Shown here one piece after another: positions 1-8,482 of a DNA stretch of 62,714 nt. Within the stretch, counting starts at the first letter, position 1, and the number at the start of each line of letters is the position of its first letter. Under the pieces are notes generated by a model. That model ran no database searches, was not told the origin of the DNA, and saw only the letters and a list, made by a program, of their open reading frames with translations. The position numbers and the translations under genes were made by a program. Origin of the DNA: Labilithrix sp. (lineage in GTDB: Bacteria > Myxococcota_A > Polyangia > Polyangiales > Polyangiaceae); assembly GCA_019637175.1 (NCBI GenBank), contig JAHBWD010000010.1:1-62714 (forward strand), given 5' to 3'.

Positions 1-60
1 GGAGATTTAAAATCTCTGGCTCGGAAGAGCATCTCGGTTCGAGTCCGAGAGGGGCTACCA
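1..60 (+). tRNA. tRNA-Leu (anticodon UAA), 3' portion only; 5' part lies outside the window
   Basis: Seen in sequence: anticodon stem ggaga/tctct with 7-nt loop tttaaaa (U33, anticodon TAA, A37). Long variable arm gctc-ggaa-gagc, so a class II tRNA. T-arm ctcgg-TTCGAGT-ccgag. 3' acceptor strand aggggct, discriminator A, encoded CCA at 58-60. Confidence 0.65.
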
Positions 61-127
61 GCGCATCGAAGATGACGAGCCGGTCCTCATGTTTTGGGCG
101 CGATGGCCGTTCCATCCCGCACCCACC

Positions 128-562
128 ATGACCGTACGCGTCGTTCCCGATCTTTCGGCCGCTCGCGCGAAGTTCGCTTCCGGCGAGTATCGCCGGCTCC
201 GGTCGAGCGACGCCATCGCCGCGATCAACCCAGGCCCCCTCGCTCCGGCCAACGATCCCACCTCGGGCCGCATGGTCGACGACGCTCTGGACTTCCAGGA
301 AAGCCCGGAGGACGCGCTCGAGCTCGCCGCCGTCCCCTCGTCGCATCGGTCGCGCGTGCCGGACTCGCCGCTGCAGGCCAGGCCGGCGAGCGTGACGCGG
401 CTCCATCGTGACGTCGGCGAACGTCCGTCGGTGCGGCGCTCCACGCCGCACGTCGTCAGCGAGGTCGCCGCACCCCAGGGCTTGTCGTTCACCGCGACGC
501 TCGTGCTCGCGGTGTTCGTCGTCCTCGTCTTCGGGATGGGGCTGCTCGCGGCGCTGCGCTGA
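128..562 (+). CDS. hypothetical protein with C-terminal hydrophobic helix (weak call)
   Basis: ORF 89..562, internal ATG at 128. Protein-like composition ending in a TM-like segment LVLAVFVVLVFGMGLLAALR. No recognisable family. Competing antisense ORF 55..492 looks like wrong-frame junk. Confidence 0.25.
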   Translation: MTVRVVPDLSAARAKFASGEYRRLRSSDAIAAINPGPLAPANDPTSGRMVDDALDFQESPEDALELAAVPSSHRSRVPDSPLQARPASVTRLHRDVGERPSVRRSTPHVVSEVAAPQGLSFTATLVLAVFVVLVFGMGLLAALR

Positions 563-805
563 CGCGCCCTTCAAGGTCGCGCCGGCAACGGCACGCACAC
601 GCCTTCGAGCCGCTTGCGCGCGACCTCGACGCGCGACACCTCGTGGACCGATCCGTCGGCGTCGACGCGAGCTCTCACGCGAAAGGTCAGTTGCTTTCCC
701 TCGTCGCTGCAAGCTCGCGCGTCGCGCGGGCCCGCGTCGGCGCGCTACGGTGGACGCGATCGAGGCGGCTCGGCCGCGTAGCCGCTGGCGCGAGGAGGGG
801 CGACC

Positions 806-1528
806 ATGACCAACCGGATCGAGTGCGCAACACACGGCTCGTCACTGCCGACGTACACGTGCTCTCACCTCGCCGAAGGCAGCGGGCTCGGCGTGGCCTT
901 CGACGAGGCCGCCCCCGAGCCGTGGCCGGACGCGGTTTGCGACTCTTGTGCGAGCGAGCCGCCGTGGACCGACGCGGTCGCCCGCGAACGCATCCAGCTC
1001 CTCTGCACGTCGTGCTGGGAGGACGCGTTCGGAAGGAACACGCGCGTGCCGCGCCTCGCCGACGTCGACGCATGGCTTCATGAGCGTCGCGCGCGTGCCC
1101 AACTGCGGCAACAGCGATGGCTCGACGAATACGCCATCCTGTCGTGCGCACATTATCGGTATGTCCTCGACGACGGCGAAGAGCCCTGGCTGGGTTTCGG
1201 TGAGAGCGAGAAGCGCTATCTCGTCATGTGCGATCCGCTCGTGATCGGTTCGTGGGGTCGGCGGAGCAACACCTGGCTCTGGGGCTGGTCGAACGATCAC
1301 TGGGACGCGCGCCTCACGCAGCCGATGATCGCCGTCAAGCGCCACGGCGAGCTCCACGGAGTCGAGCCCCTCTGGCGCAGCGAATCGGACGGCGACGAAG
1401 ACCTCGCGTTCGCGCTGGCCGCGACGGTGCTCGACATCGTTCCAGGGATCGAAGGCGTCTATCGCGCACCGCACGAGAACGGGAGCCTCTTCCTCGCCGC
1501 ACGTCGAACGCGACACGTCGCGGGCTGA
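806..1528 (+). CDS. conserved hypothetical protein with paired Cys motifs (possible Zn-binding)
   Basis: 240-aa ORF with balanced composition. CxxxC/CDSC/CTSC motifs and a Trp-rich C-terminal half. Antisense 866-aa ORF 842..3442 is Arg/Gly-rich junk. Confidence 0.5.
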   Translation: MTNRIECATHGSSLPTYTCSHLAEGSGLGVAFDEAAPEPWPDAVCDSCASEPPWTDAVARERIQLLCTSCWEDAFGRNTRVPRLADVDAWLHERRARAQLRQQRWLDEYAILSCAHYRYVLDDGEEPWLGFGESEKRYLVMCDPLVIGSWGRRSNTWLWGWSNDHWDARLTQPMIAVKRHGELHGVEPLWRSESDGDEDLAFALAATVLDIVPGIEGVYRAPHENGSLFLAARRTRHVAG

Positions 1529-1639
1529 ACGCGACGGTTTCCTACAGCGTGGCGGCGCGGCCTCGCCGAGCGCAGTCGCGTGGAGCTCGTCCAGAACGGC
1601 GGGGCCGCGACGGACTACGCCTTGCAGCCGAGGTTGCGC

Positions 1640-3496
1640 ATGCGTGGTAGCCGCCTCGTCGTCGCCCCCTTCGTGTTCGTCATGCTGCTGCACTGCGCGT
1701 CGAACGACGCGCAGGACCAAGACGGCGAAGGGCCGGCGGCGTCGCACACCGCCGCGTCGTGTGCGGCTCGATGGAATCCCGCCTGGCAGCAAGGGCCCGA
1801 CGCGAGCAACACGTGGGTCGAGGTAGGGATCTCCGGCGGCACCGTCGTCTCCGCGTACCTCGAGGTGGTCGGTGTCGCGGTGGTCCCCCTCCAGCAACGG
1901 GGCGGCACGTGGGTGGGCGCGCCCCGATCTCGCATCGAGACGGGAGCGTGGGTCGTCGTCCACGCCACCAACGCGACCGGCGAGCGCGCGCAGACGCAAG
2001 TGTTCGGCTACCTCTCCGAGAGCCAGCCGCTCGGCGCGTGCGCCTCTGCGTGCGTGCCGAGCTGCCGGGCACGCGCGTGTGGCGGCGACGGGTGCGGCGG
2101 ATCCTGCGGAACCTGCGCCGCAGGGCAGACGTGCGTCGACGGCGCCTGCTACGGCGGCGGAGACGTCGGCGGCACGTGCTGGAGCCCCGCGTGGCATCAG
2201 ACGACCGACGCCAACAACTGGTGGGCGGAGTACGCGACGGCCGACGCGGGCGTGACCTCCGCGTCGCTCGAGGTGGTCGGGGGCCGCACGGTCCCCCTCG
2301 CGCTGACGTGGGACGCATGGATCGGCCCCACCGGCGCGCGCATCGAGACGGGCGCCGAGGTCGTCTTGCACGCCGCGAAAGGCACGACGACCGCGCGCAC
2401 GCGGCCCTTCAAGTACCTCGTCGACAAGCGGCCGTCGATCGTGTGCCCCGGAGACGACGGCGCGCCCGGCGTGAGGATGGTCGGACGCGGCGACACCTCC
2501 GATCCCGCCCGCCCGAAGTTCGGCTGGCCGGGCGCGCGGATCATCGCGCGCTTCACGGGGACCGCCGTCAGCGTCAAGCTCGACGAGGAGTCGCTCTACG
2601 TCGGGCCGAGCCGATGGGACGTGATCGTCGACGGCGTCAGGACCTCGACGCTGACGCCCGCACCCGGCGTCGGCACGTACACCCTCGCGACGGGCCTGCC
2701 GGACACCATGCACACCGTCGAGCTCTATCGACGCACCGAAGGCATGATCGGCACCACGCAGTTCTTGGGGTACACGTTTCCGAACGGCGGGCAGCTCCTC
2801 TCGCCGCCCGCACCGCCCACGCGTCGCATCGAGTTCCTCGGCGACTCGACGACGAACGGGCACGGCAACGAGTGCACCTCGCCGGATCAGCCCTTCTCCG
2901 GCGCGACGCAGAACGAGCGCATGGCCTTCTCGGGGATCGTCGCGCGCGAGCTCGGCGCCGATCACCACGACATCTCGGTCTCCGGAAAGGGCGTGTACGT
3001 CAACTACCACCGCGCAGACACCGTCGTCTTCGATCAGCTCTTCATGCGCGCCATGCCGAACGATCCCGCTCCGCCGTGGGACTTCGCGCGCTTCTCGCCC
3101 GACGTCGTGTGGATGAACCTCGGCGGCAACGACTGGGATCAGGAGTCGCTCGAGACGCCCGCCCCGGACCTCACGGCGTACACGAACAAGTACGCCGCCC
3201 TCGTCGAGCTCGTGCGCTCGAAGTATCCGACCGCGCACTTCTTCTGCTCGGTGACGTCGTCGCTGAACGACGTCTATCCCGTCGGCTGGAACGTCTTGAC
3301 CAGCCAGCGCGCAGCCGTCACGAACGTCGTCAACGCGCGCGTCGCCGCCGGCGACACCAAGATCTACCGGTACGAGTTCGCGCGCGCGACCCGCGACAGG
3401 GACCTCACGGGCTGCGCGTACCACACGAACCTCGCCCTCCACCGCAGGATGGCCGACGAGGTGCTCGCGCAGATCAAGGCGAAGACCGGCTGGTGA
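1640..3496 (+). CDS. secreted SGNH/GDSL-family hydrolase (carbohydrate esterase-like) with duplicated N-terminal beta-sandwich/CBM-like modules and a Cys-rich linker
   Basis: ATG at 1640 gives signal-like N-terminus MRGSRLVVAPFVFVMLL. Two repeated modules (WNPAWQQGPDASNTW... and WSPAWHQTTDANNWW..., each followed by ...RIETGA..VV.HA). Cys-rich CGGDGCGGSCGTCAAGQTC. SGNH blocks FLGDSTTNGHGNE (block I), NLGGNDW (block III), C-terminal ...YHTN..H. Confidence 0.8.
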   Translation: MRGSRLVVAPFVFVMLLHCASNDAQDQDGEGPAASHTAASCAARWNPAWQQGPDASNTWVEVGISGGTVVSAYLEVVGVAVVPLQQRGGTWVGAPRSRIETGAWVVVHATNATGERAQTQVFGYLSESQPLGACASACVPSCRARACGGDGCGGSCGTCAAGQTCVDGACYGGGDVGGTCWSPAWHQTTDANNWWAEYATADAGVTSASLEVVGGRTVPLALTWDAWIGPTGARIETGAEVVLHAAKGTTTARTRPFKYLVDKRPSIVCPGDDGAPGVRMVGRGDTSDPARPKFGWPGARIIARFTGTAVSVKLDEESLYVGPSRWDVIVDGVRTSTLTPAPGVGTYTLATGLPDTMHTVELYRRTEGMIGTTQFLGYTFPNGGQLLSPPAPPTRRIEFLGDSTTNGHGNECTSPDQPFSGATQNERMAFSGIVARELGADHHDISVSGKGVYVNYHRADTVVFDQLFMRAMPNDPAPPWDFARFSPDVVWMNLGGNDWDQESLETPAPDLTAYTNKYAALVELVRSKYPTAHFFCSVTSSLNDVYPVGWNVLTSQRAAVTNVVNARVAAGDTKIYRYEFARATRDRDLTGCAYHTNLALHRRMADEVLAQIKAKTGW

Positions 3497-4597
3497 TCAC
3501 GCCGGCGAGGTCGTGCGAACGACGGGCGCGCGAACGGCGACCTCGGCGCGCGGCAGCTCGAACGAGAAGCGCGAGCCCCGCCCGACCGCGCTCGACACCT
3601 GGAGCTTCTCGCCGTGCGCCTCGACGATGGTGCTCGCGATCCAGAGGCCGAGCCCGAAGCCGCTCGAGCGATCGCGCGTCCAGTATCGAGAGAAGAGGCT
3701 CGCGAGCTGATCCTCGGGGATGCCCGGACCGGTGTCGGTCACCGCGACGCACACCTTGCCCGCGCGCGACGCGAGCTCGAGAGAGACGCGACCACCCTCG
3801 GGCGTGAACTTCACCGCGTTGCCGAGGAGGTTCGTGAGCACTTGGAGGATGCGCTTGCGATCGCAGAGCGTGGCCCCGCCGTCATGATCGATCTCGAGCA
3901 CGATGCGCTTCTTCTGCGCGAGCGGGGCGATCGCGTCGGAGGCCTCTTCGGCGAGAGACGCGACGGGGCACGGCGCCGGCTGGACGACGAGCCCGCCCTC
4001 TTCGAGCCGCATCGCCTCGACCGCGTCTTGCACGAGCTCGCGCGCGCGCTTCGTCGAGCGCTGGATGGCGCCGATCACGCGCTCGACGTCGGGCTCGCCG
4101 TCGTGCAAGCGCCGCCCGAGCGCCTCGGAGCTCAGCGTGATGACGTTGAGCGGCCCGCGCAGATCGTGCGCCATCATCTCCCACGTCTCGTCGGTCGCCT
4201 TCTTCGCCAGCGTCGCGTTGCGCGCGACCTCGCGCTCGAACGCGAGCGCGCCGCGAAGACGCCCGAGCGCCCAGCTCATCCCCGATCCGACGCCCATGAA
4301 GATCGCGAGGTCGAGCGCGTCTTCGGGCGCGTCGACGGCGAGCACGCCGCCCGGAGGCAAGAACGCCTGCGCCATCCCGAGCGCGGAGAGCAGCGTCGCG
4401 ACGAGGCCGGGGCCGAACCCGCCGAAGCGACCGGCGAGGAACACCGCCGGATAGAAGAGGAGCTGAGGCGACGGCGGGATGTACGACCAGATCGCGCGCT
4501 GCGCCAAGTACGCGCCCGCGGTGAAGAGGACGCTCAGCCCGTAGCCCACCCACTCGGACTTCCAACTGGGCTGGAGCGTTCGCGTGCGTGCCAACAA
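3497..4597 (-). CDS. sensor histidine kinase (membrane-anchored, HisKA + HATPase_c)
   Basis: Motifs HDLRGPLNVI (H-box), NLLGNAVKFT (N-box), DTGPGIPEDQ (G1), GFGLGLWIA (G2). Hydrophobic N-terminal segments. The ORF extends to 4663 (TTG). A likelier start is TTG at 4597, 5 nt after GGGAGG. GTG at 4549 is also possible. Stop abuts the convergent SGNH gene. Confidence 0.8.
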   Translation of the reverse strand: MLARTRTLQPSWKSEWVGYGLSVLFTAGAYLAQRAIWSYIPPSPQLLFYPAVFLAGRFGGFGPGLVATLLSALGMAQAFLPPGGVLAVDAPEDALDLAIFMGVGSGMSWALGRLRGALAFEREVARNATLAKKATDETWEMMAHDLRGPLNVITLSSEALGRRLHDGEPDVERVIGAIQRSTKRARELVQDAVEAMRLEEGGLVVQPAPCPVASLAEEASDAIAPLAQKKRIVLEIDHDGGATLCDRKRILQVLTNLLGNAVKFTPEGGRVSLELASRAGKVCVAVTDTGPGIPEDQLASLFSRYWTRDRSSGFGLGLWIASTIVEAHGEKLQVSSAVGRGSRFSFELPRAEVAVRAPVVRTTSPA

Positions 4598-4715
4598 AGC
4601 GCACCTCCCATGCGACGAAACAACCGTCTGCGGGGAATAGTCCTCGTCCCGGGGGGAAAGCAATGCGACCGGGTGCCGCCCTCTCGCGAGCGGAAGCAGG
4701 CCGAAATCCCTCGCG

Positions 4716-6269
4716 TCAGTCGAGCTTGCCGACGGCTTCTTGCACGCGCTGCACGAGCGCGCCGGTCGCGAGGAGCGAGGAGGTCGCGGCGATGTCCGCG
4801 TAGAGCGGCCGATCGCCGATCATCGGCGCGACCGAAGCGCGAACCGCCGCGAGCGCCGCCGAGACGCCGCGGCTCGGCCGGAGCGGCGCGCGCTGATCGA
4901 GCCCCGCGGCGGCGGTCATGATCTCGATCGCGAGGCACGCGCTCACGTTGGCGACGACGTCGCGGAGCTTCTTCGCGCTCACGCTGCCCATCGAGACGTG
5001 ATCTTCCTTGCCCGCCGACGAGGGGATCGAGTCGACGCTCGCGGGGTGGCAGTAGATCTTGTTCTCGCTGACGAGCGACGCGCTCGTGACCTGCGCGATC
5101 ATGAACCCCGAGTGCAGGCCGCTGCCCGCGGCGAGGAACGGCGTGAGACCCGTCGAGAGCGCGGGGTTGACGAGCTGCTCGACACGGCGCTCGCTGATGT
5201 TCGCGAGCTCGGCGGTCGCCATCGCGGCGAGATCGAGCGCGAGCGCGAGCGGCTGCCCGTGGAAGTTGCCGCCGCTGATGATCTCGGTCTCGCCGCGGTC
5301 GATGAAGACGCTCGGGTTGTCGGTGACGCTGTTGACCTCGCGCTCGAGCACGCCGCGCACCCAGGCGAGCGCGTCGCGCGTCGCGCCGTGCACCTGCGGC
5401 ATGCAGCGGAGCGAATAGGCGTCTTGCACCTTGCTGCAGTCTCTGTGGCTCTCGGCGATCTCGCTGTCGGCGAGCAGCGCGCGGAGGTTCTTCGCCACCA
5501 CGGCCTGGCCCGGGTGCGGGCGGGCCTGATGGAGGCGCTCGTCGAACGGCCGCGTCGATCCCTTGAGCGCCTCGAGGCTCATCGCGCCGGCCACGTCGGC
5601 CGCGACGCAGAGGCGCTCGGCGTGCAGGAGCGAGAGCGTGCCGAGCGAGGCCATGAGCTGCGTGCCGTTGATCAGCGCGAGACCTTCCTTGGCCTCGAGC
5701 GTGACCGGCGCGATCTTCGCCTCGCGGAGGATCTCCGCGCTCGGACGCATCGCGCCGTCGCCGAGCTGGGCCTCGCCCTCGCCGATCATCGTGAGCGCGA
5801 GGTGGGCGAGCGGCGCGAGATCTCCGCTCGCGCCGACGGAGCCCTGCGCCGGGATGCGCGGGTGCACCTTCGCGTTGAGCATCGCGACGAGCAGCTCGAC
5901 GAGCTCGGGGCGCACGCCGGAGTGACCGAGCGCGAGCACCTGCGCGCGGAGGAGCATCATGCCCCGCACCTCGGCCGGCGAGAGGTTCGGGCCGACGCCG
6001 GTCGCGTGCGATCGCACGAGGTTCTGCTGGAGCGCGCGCACGTCGGCCGCGGAGATGCGCGTCTCGCTGAGCGCGCCGAAGCCGGTGTTCACGCCGTAGA
6101 CGTTCGGCGCGGCGTCGCCCGCGTTCGCGATCGCGTCGATCGCCGCGCGCGAGCGCGCGACCTTGCCGCGCGCTTCCTCGGCGAAGGCGACCTCGACGCC
6201 GCGGACCGCGACGTCTTCGAGATCGAGCAGCGAGAGCGGACGGCCGACGATGACGGGCATGCGCGGCAT
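4716..6269 (-). CDS. hutH: MIO-dependent ammonia-lyase, histidine ammonia-lyase family (HAL/PAL/TAL). Substrate not assignable by eye
   Basis: [15 protein letters not shown], the Ala-Ser-Gly MIO cofactor triad. [42 protein letters not shown] and DNPSVF blocks typical of HAL/PAL. No hutU/hutI/hutG nearby. Confidence 0.85.
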   Translation of the reverse strand: MPRMPVIVGRPLSLLDLEDVAVRGVEVAFAEEARGKVARSRAAIDAIANAGDAAPNVYGVNTGFGALSETRISAADVRALQQNLVRSHATGVGPNLSPAEVRGMMLLRAQVLALGHSGVRPELVELLVAMLNAKVHPRIPAQGSVGASGDLAPLAHLALTMIGEGEAQLGDGAMRPSAEILREAKIAPVTLEAKEGLALINGTQLMASLGTLSLLHAERLCVAADVAGAMSLEALKGSTRPFDERLHQARPHPGQAVVAKNLRALLADSEIAESHRDCSKVQDAYSLRCMPQVHGATRDALAWVRGVLEREVNSVTDNPSVFIDRGETEIISGGNFHGQPLALALDLAAMATAELANISERRVEQLVNPALSTGLTPFLAAGSGLHSGFMIAQVTSASLVSENKIYCHPASVDSIPSSAGKEDHVSMGSVSAKKLRDVVANVSACLAIEIMTAAAGLDQRAPLRPSRGVSAALAAVRASVAPMIGDRPLYADIAATSSLLATGALVQRVQEAVGKLD

Positions 6270-6539
6270 CTACCGCCGGGCCGTGAGCGAAACCAACAAA
6301 ATGAAATCCGGCCGAGACCTCGTGAGGCGAGGTTCGGCCGGCGGAAGAGCTTTCGCTCCAGGCGCCTGGGTGAGGCGCGAGACGATGATCGGTTGTCGGT
6401 CGGTCGTCGGTGCGGAGGGGCTCCTTCGCCAGGTTCGGAGTGAGGCCGGGCGTGAAGAGGACCGCACGGAGGCGGAGGAGATCTCGCGCGCTTCCTGTCG
6501 AAGCGGGCGAGCTCGCTCGGGCATCCGCGGGGGCTTCCC

Positions 6540-6700
6540 GCCGTGCCGGCTTTCCGCCGACACTGACCTACATAGGTGCATGAAGTAGGCCCACTCAAGA
6601 TGCAGCATAACCAATTGAAATTAGGCAACCACATGTGGTGATAAGTGAGGGAAATAGGCACCATGTGAGCGTTGCGCGATCCAGCCGCAGCCCTCCCCAA
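6540..6700. promoter_or_regulatory. AT-rich divergent intergenic region between hutH-like and OMP genes, with perfect palindrome ACCACATGTGGT (6628-6639)
   Basis: Local base composition is visibly AT-rich relative to the ~70% GC surroundings. The 12-bp perfect palindrome lies about 70 bp upstream of the OMP start. Confidence 0.4.
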
Positions 6701-6708
6701 ACGCGACT

Positions 6709-8454
6709 ATGCTGCGCGCGCTCATGAGACGCGTGCTCGCTCCGTCGCTGGTCGCCGCGGTCGTGCTCGGCGCGGGGGCCGCGAGGGCCGACGACGCGGA
6801 GGTGCCGTCGTACCTCCCGCGGCTCGTCCTCGACACCGGCCGCCGCTCGATCCCGCCGCCCGATCCCGAGGCCATCCGCTTCATGCTCCACGGCGAGCAT
6901 CAGATCCGCTGGCAGATGCAGCGCAGCTTCCCGCTCGTTCCGACGGCCAGCGCCGTCAACGCCAAGCCCGGCCTCGTCGGCGACTCGATCGGGCAGAACA
7001 ACTTCGTCCACCACTGGCTGCGCGTCACGCCGCGCCTCCAGGTGCGCGACTACCTCGAGCTCGTCGGGCAAGCCGACGTGCTCACCGGCGTGCTCTTCGG
7101 CGAGCTCGCGCACGACACCCGCGCCGATCTCACGCCGCGCGACGACTACAACGGCTTCAGCAACGTCCAGCTCCGCTGGATATATGCACAGTACACGCTT
7201 CCCTTCGGCGTGATCCGCGCCGGCCAGCAGCCGAACCACTGGGGCATGGGCATCCTCGCCAACGACGGCGATCACCCTCCCCTCTTCGGCGACTACCGAT
7301 ATGGATCGATCAGCGAGCGCATCCTCTTCGCGACGAAGCCGGGCGGGCGCGACAGCGACTTCTACCTCGCGCTCGCGGGCGACCTCGTCTACCGCGACGC
7401 CAACGCGCGCCTCACGCGCGGGCAGCAAGCCTTCCAGGGCGTGCTCGCCGCGTTCTACGAGCGCGGGCAGAACAAGCTCGGCGTCTTCAGCACCGCGCGC
7501 CACCAGACGAACGACAAGACGAGCGGCTCGGCGCTCTTCCCGTACACCGACGAGATCGACGCGCTCGCCGTCGACGTGCACGGCAAGCTCGCCGTTCCCC
7601 TCCCGGGGCAAGACGCGTTCTTCTTCGGCGAGGTCGAGGCCGCGTACATCACGGGCTCGACCAACGTCATCCGGACGCAGGATCAAGCGCTCGACGGCAC
7701 CAAGACGCAGATTCGATCCTACGGTGGCGCGGCGATCCTCGGCGTCGTGCATCGCAGCTTCGCGACGGGCGTGTGGAGCGACGCCCACGCGAGCGACGCG
7801 GCGCGCGAGGAGAGCGCGAAGCGCACGAGCCATCGCTACCTCGGCCGGCCCTCCGCGGAGGGCGTTCCCTTCGGCGACCTCGTCGCGCAGATCGAGATCG
7901 GCTACGCGTCGGGCGACGCCGATCCGTACGACGGCACGCAGAAGCGCTTCGTCTTCGATCCCAACCACAAGATCGGGCTCTTGCTCTTCGACGAGGTCAT
8001 GCGCTTCCAGACGGCGCGCTCGGCCACCGCCGCGACCGATCCGCTCCTCACGAACGCGAACCGCCCCACGCCCGGCATCGATCTGTTGCCGACGAACGGC
8101 GGCGTCTCCGGCGCGCAGTACGTCAACCCGACGTTCATCGTGCGCCCGCGGCACTTCCTCGACGTCAAGGGCGGCATGGTCATCGCCCAGACGACCGCCG
8201 ATCTCGTGGACCCGTATCGCCTCGCGACGCAGGGCAACTACGTGAGCTACACCGGCGGCGACCGGCGCAAGCGCGATCTCGGCGTCGAGCTCGACGCCGG
8301 CGTCGAGGCGCGCTTCCCGCTCGAGTACGACATCAAGGCGGTCGTCGGCGCGCAGGGCGGCGTGCTCTTCCCCGGATCGGCGTTCGAGAACGAGCGCGGC
8401 GAACGGCTGCCGCCGCAGTGGATCGCGGTCGGGCGCTTCGGCCTCGTCTTCTGA
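6709..8454 (+). CDS. outer-membrane beta-barrel protein (hypothetical), signal peptide, C-terminal Phe
   Basis: N-terminal signal MLRALMRRVLAPSLVAAVVLGAGAARA. Alternating hydrophobic beta-strand-like pattern throughout. C-terminus ...GRFGLVF, the terminal aromatic typical of OMP barrels. Confidence 0.7.
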   Translation: MLRALMRRVLAPSLVAAVVLGAGAARADDAEVPSYLPRLVLDTGRRSIPPPDPEAIRFMLHGEHQIRWQMQRSFPLVPTASAVNAKPGLVGDSIGQNNFVHHWLRVTPRLQVRDYLELVGQADVLTGVLFGELAHDTRADLTPRDDYNGFSNVQLRWIYAQYTLPFGVIRAGQQPNHWGMGILANDGDHPPLFGDYRYGSISERILFATKPGGRDSDFYLALAGDLVYRDANARLTRGQQAFQGVLAAFYERGQNKLGVFSTARHQTNDKTSGSALFPYTDEIDALAVDVHGKLAVPLPGQDAFFFGEVEAAYITGSTNVIRTQDQALDGTKTQIRSYGGAAILGVVHRSFATGVWSDAHASDAAREESAKRTSHRYLGRPSAEGVPFGDLVAQIEIGYASGDADPYDGTQKRFVFDPNHKIGLLLFDEVMRFQTARSATAATDPLLTNANRPTPGIDLLPTNGGVSGAQYVNPTFIVRPRHFLDVKGGMVIAQTTADLVDPYRLATQGNYVSYTGGDRRKRDLGVELDAGVEARFPLEYDIKAVVGAQGGVLFPGSAFENERGERLPPQWIAVGRFGLVF

Positions 8455-8482
8455 CCGTCGGGCGCGGCGATCACTCCGCGGA

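Noticed and set aside
842-3442. 866-aa minus-strand ORF spanning the hypothetical and SGNH genes
   Set aside because: Arg/Gly/Ala/Val-dominated, low-complexity translation typical of an antisense frame in high-GC DNA. The plus-strand proteins have clear motifs (SGNH blocks).
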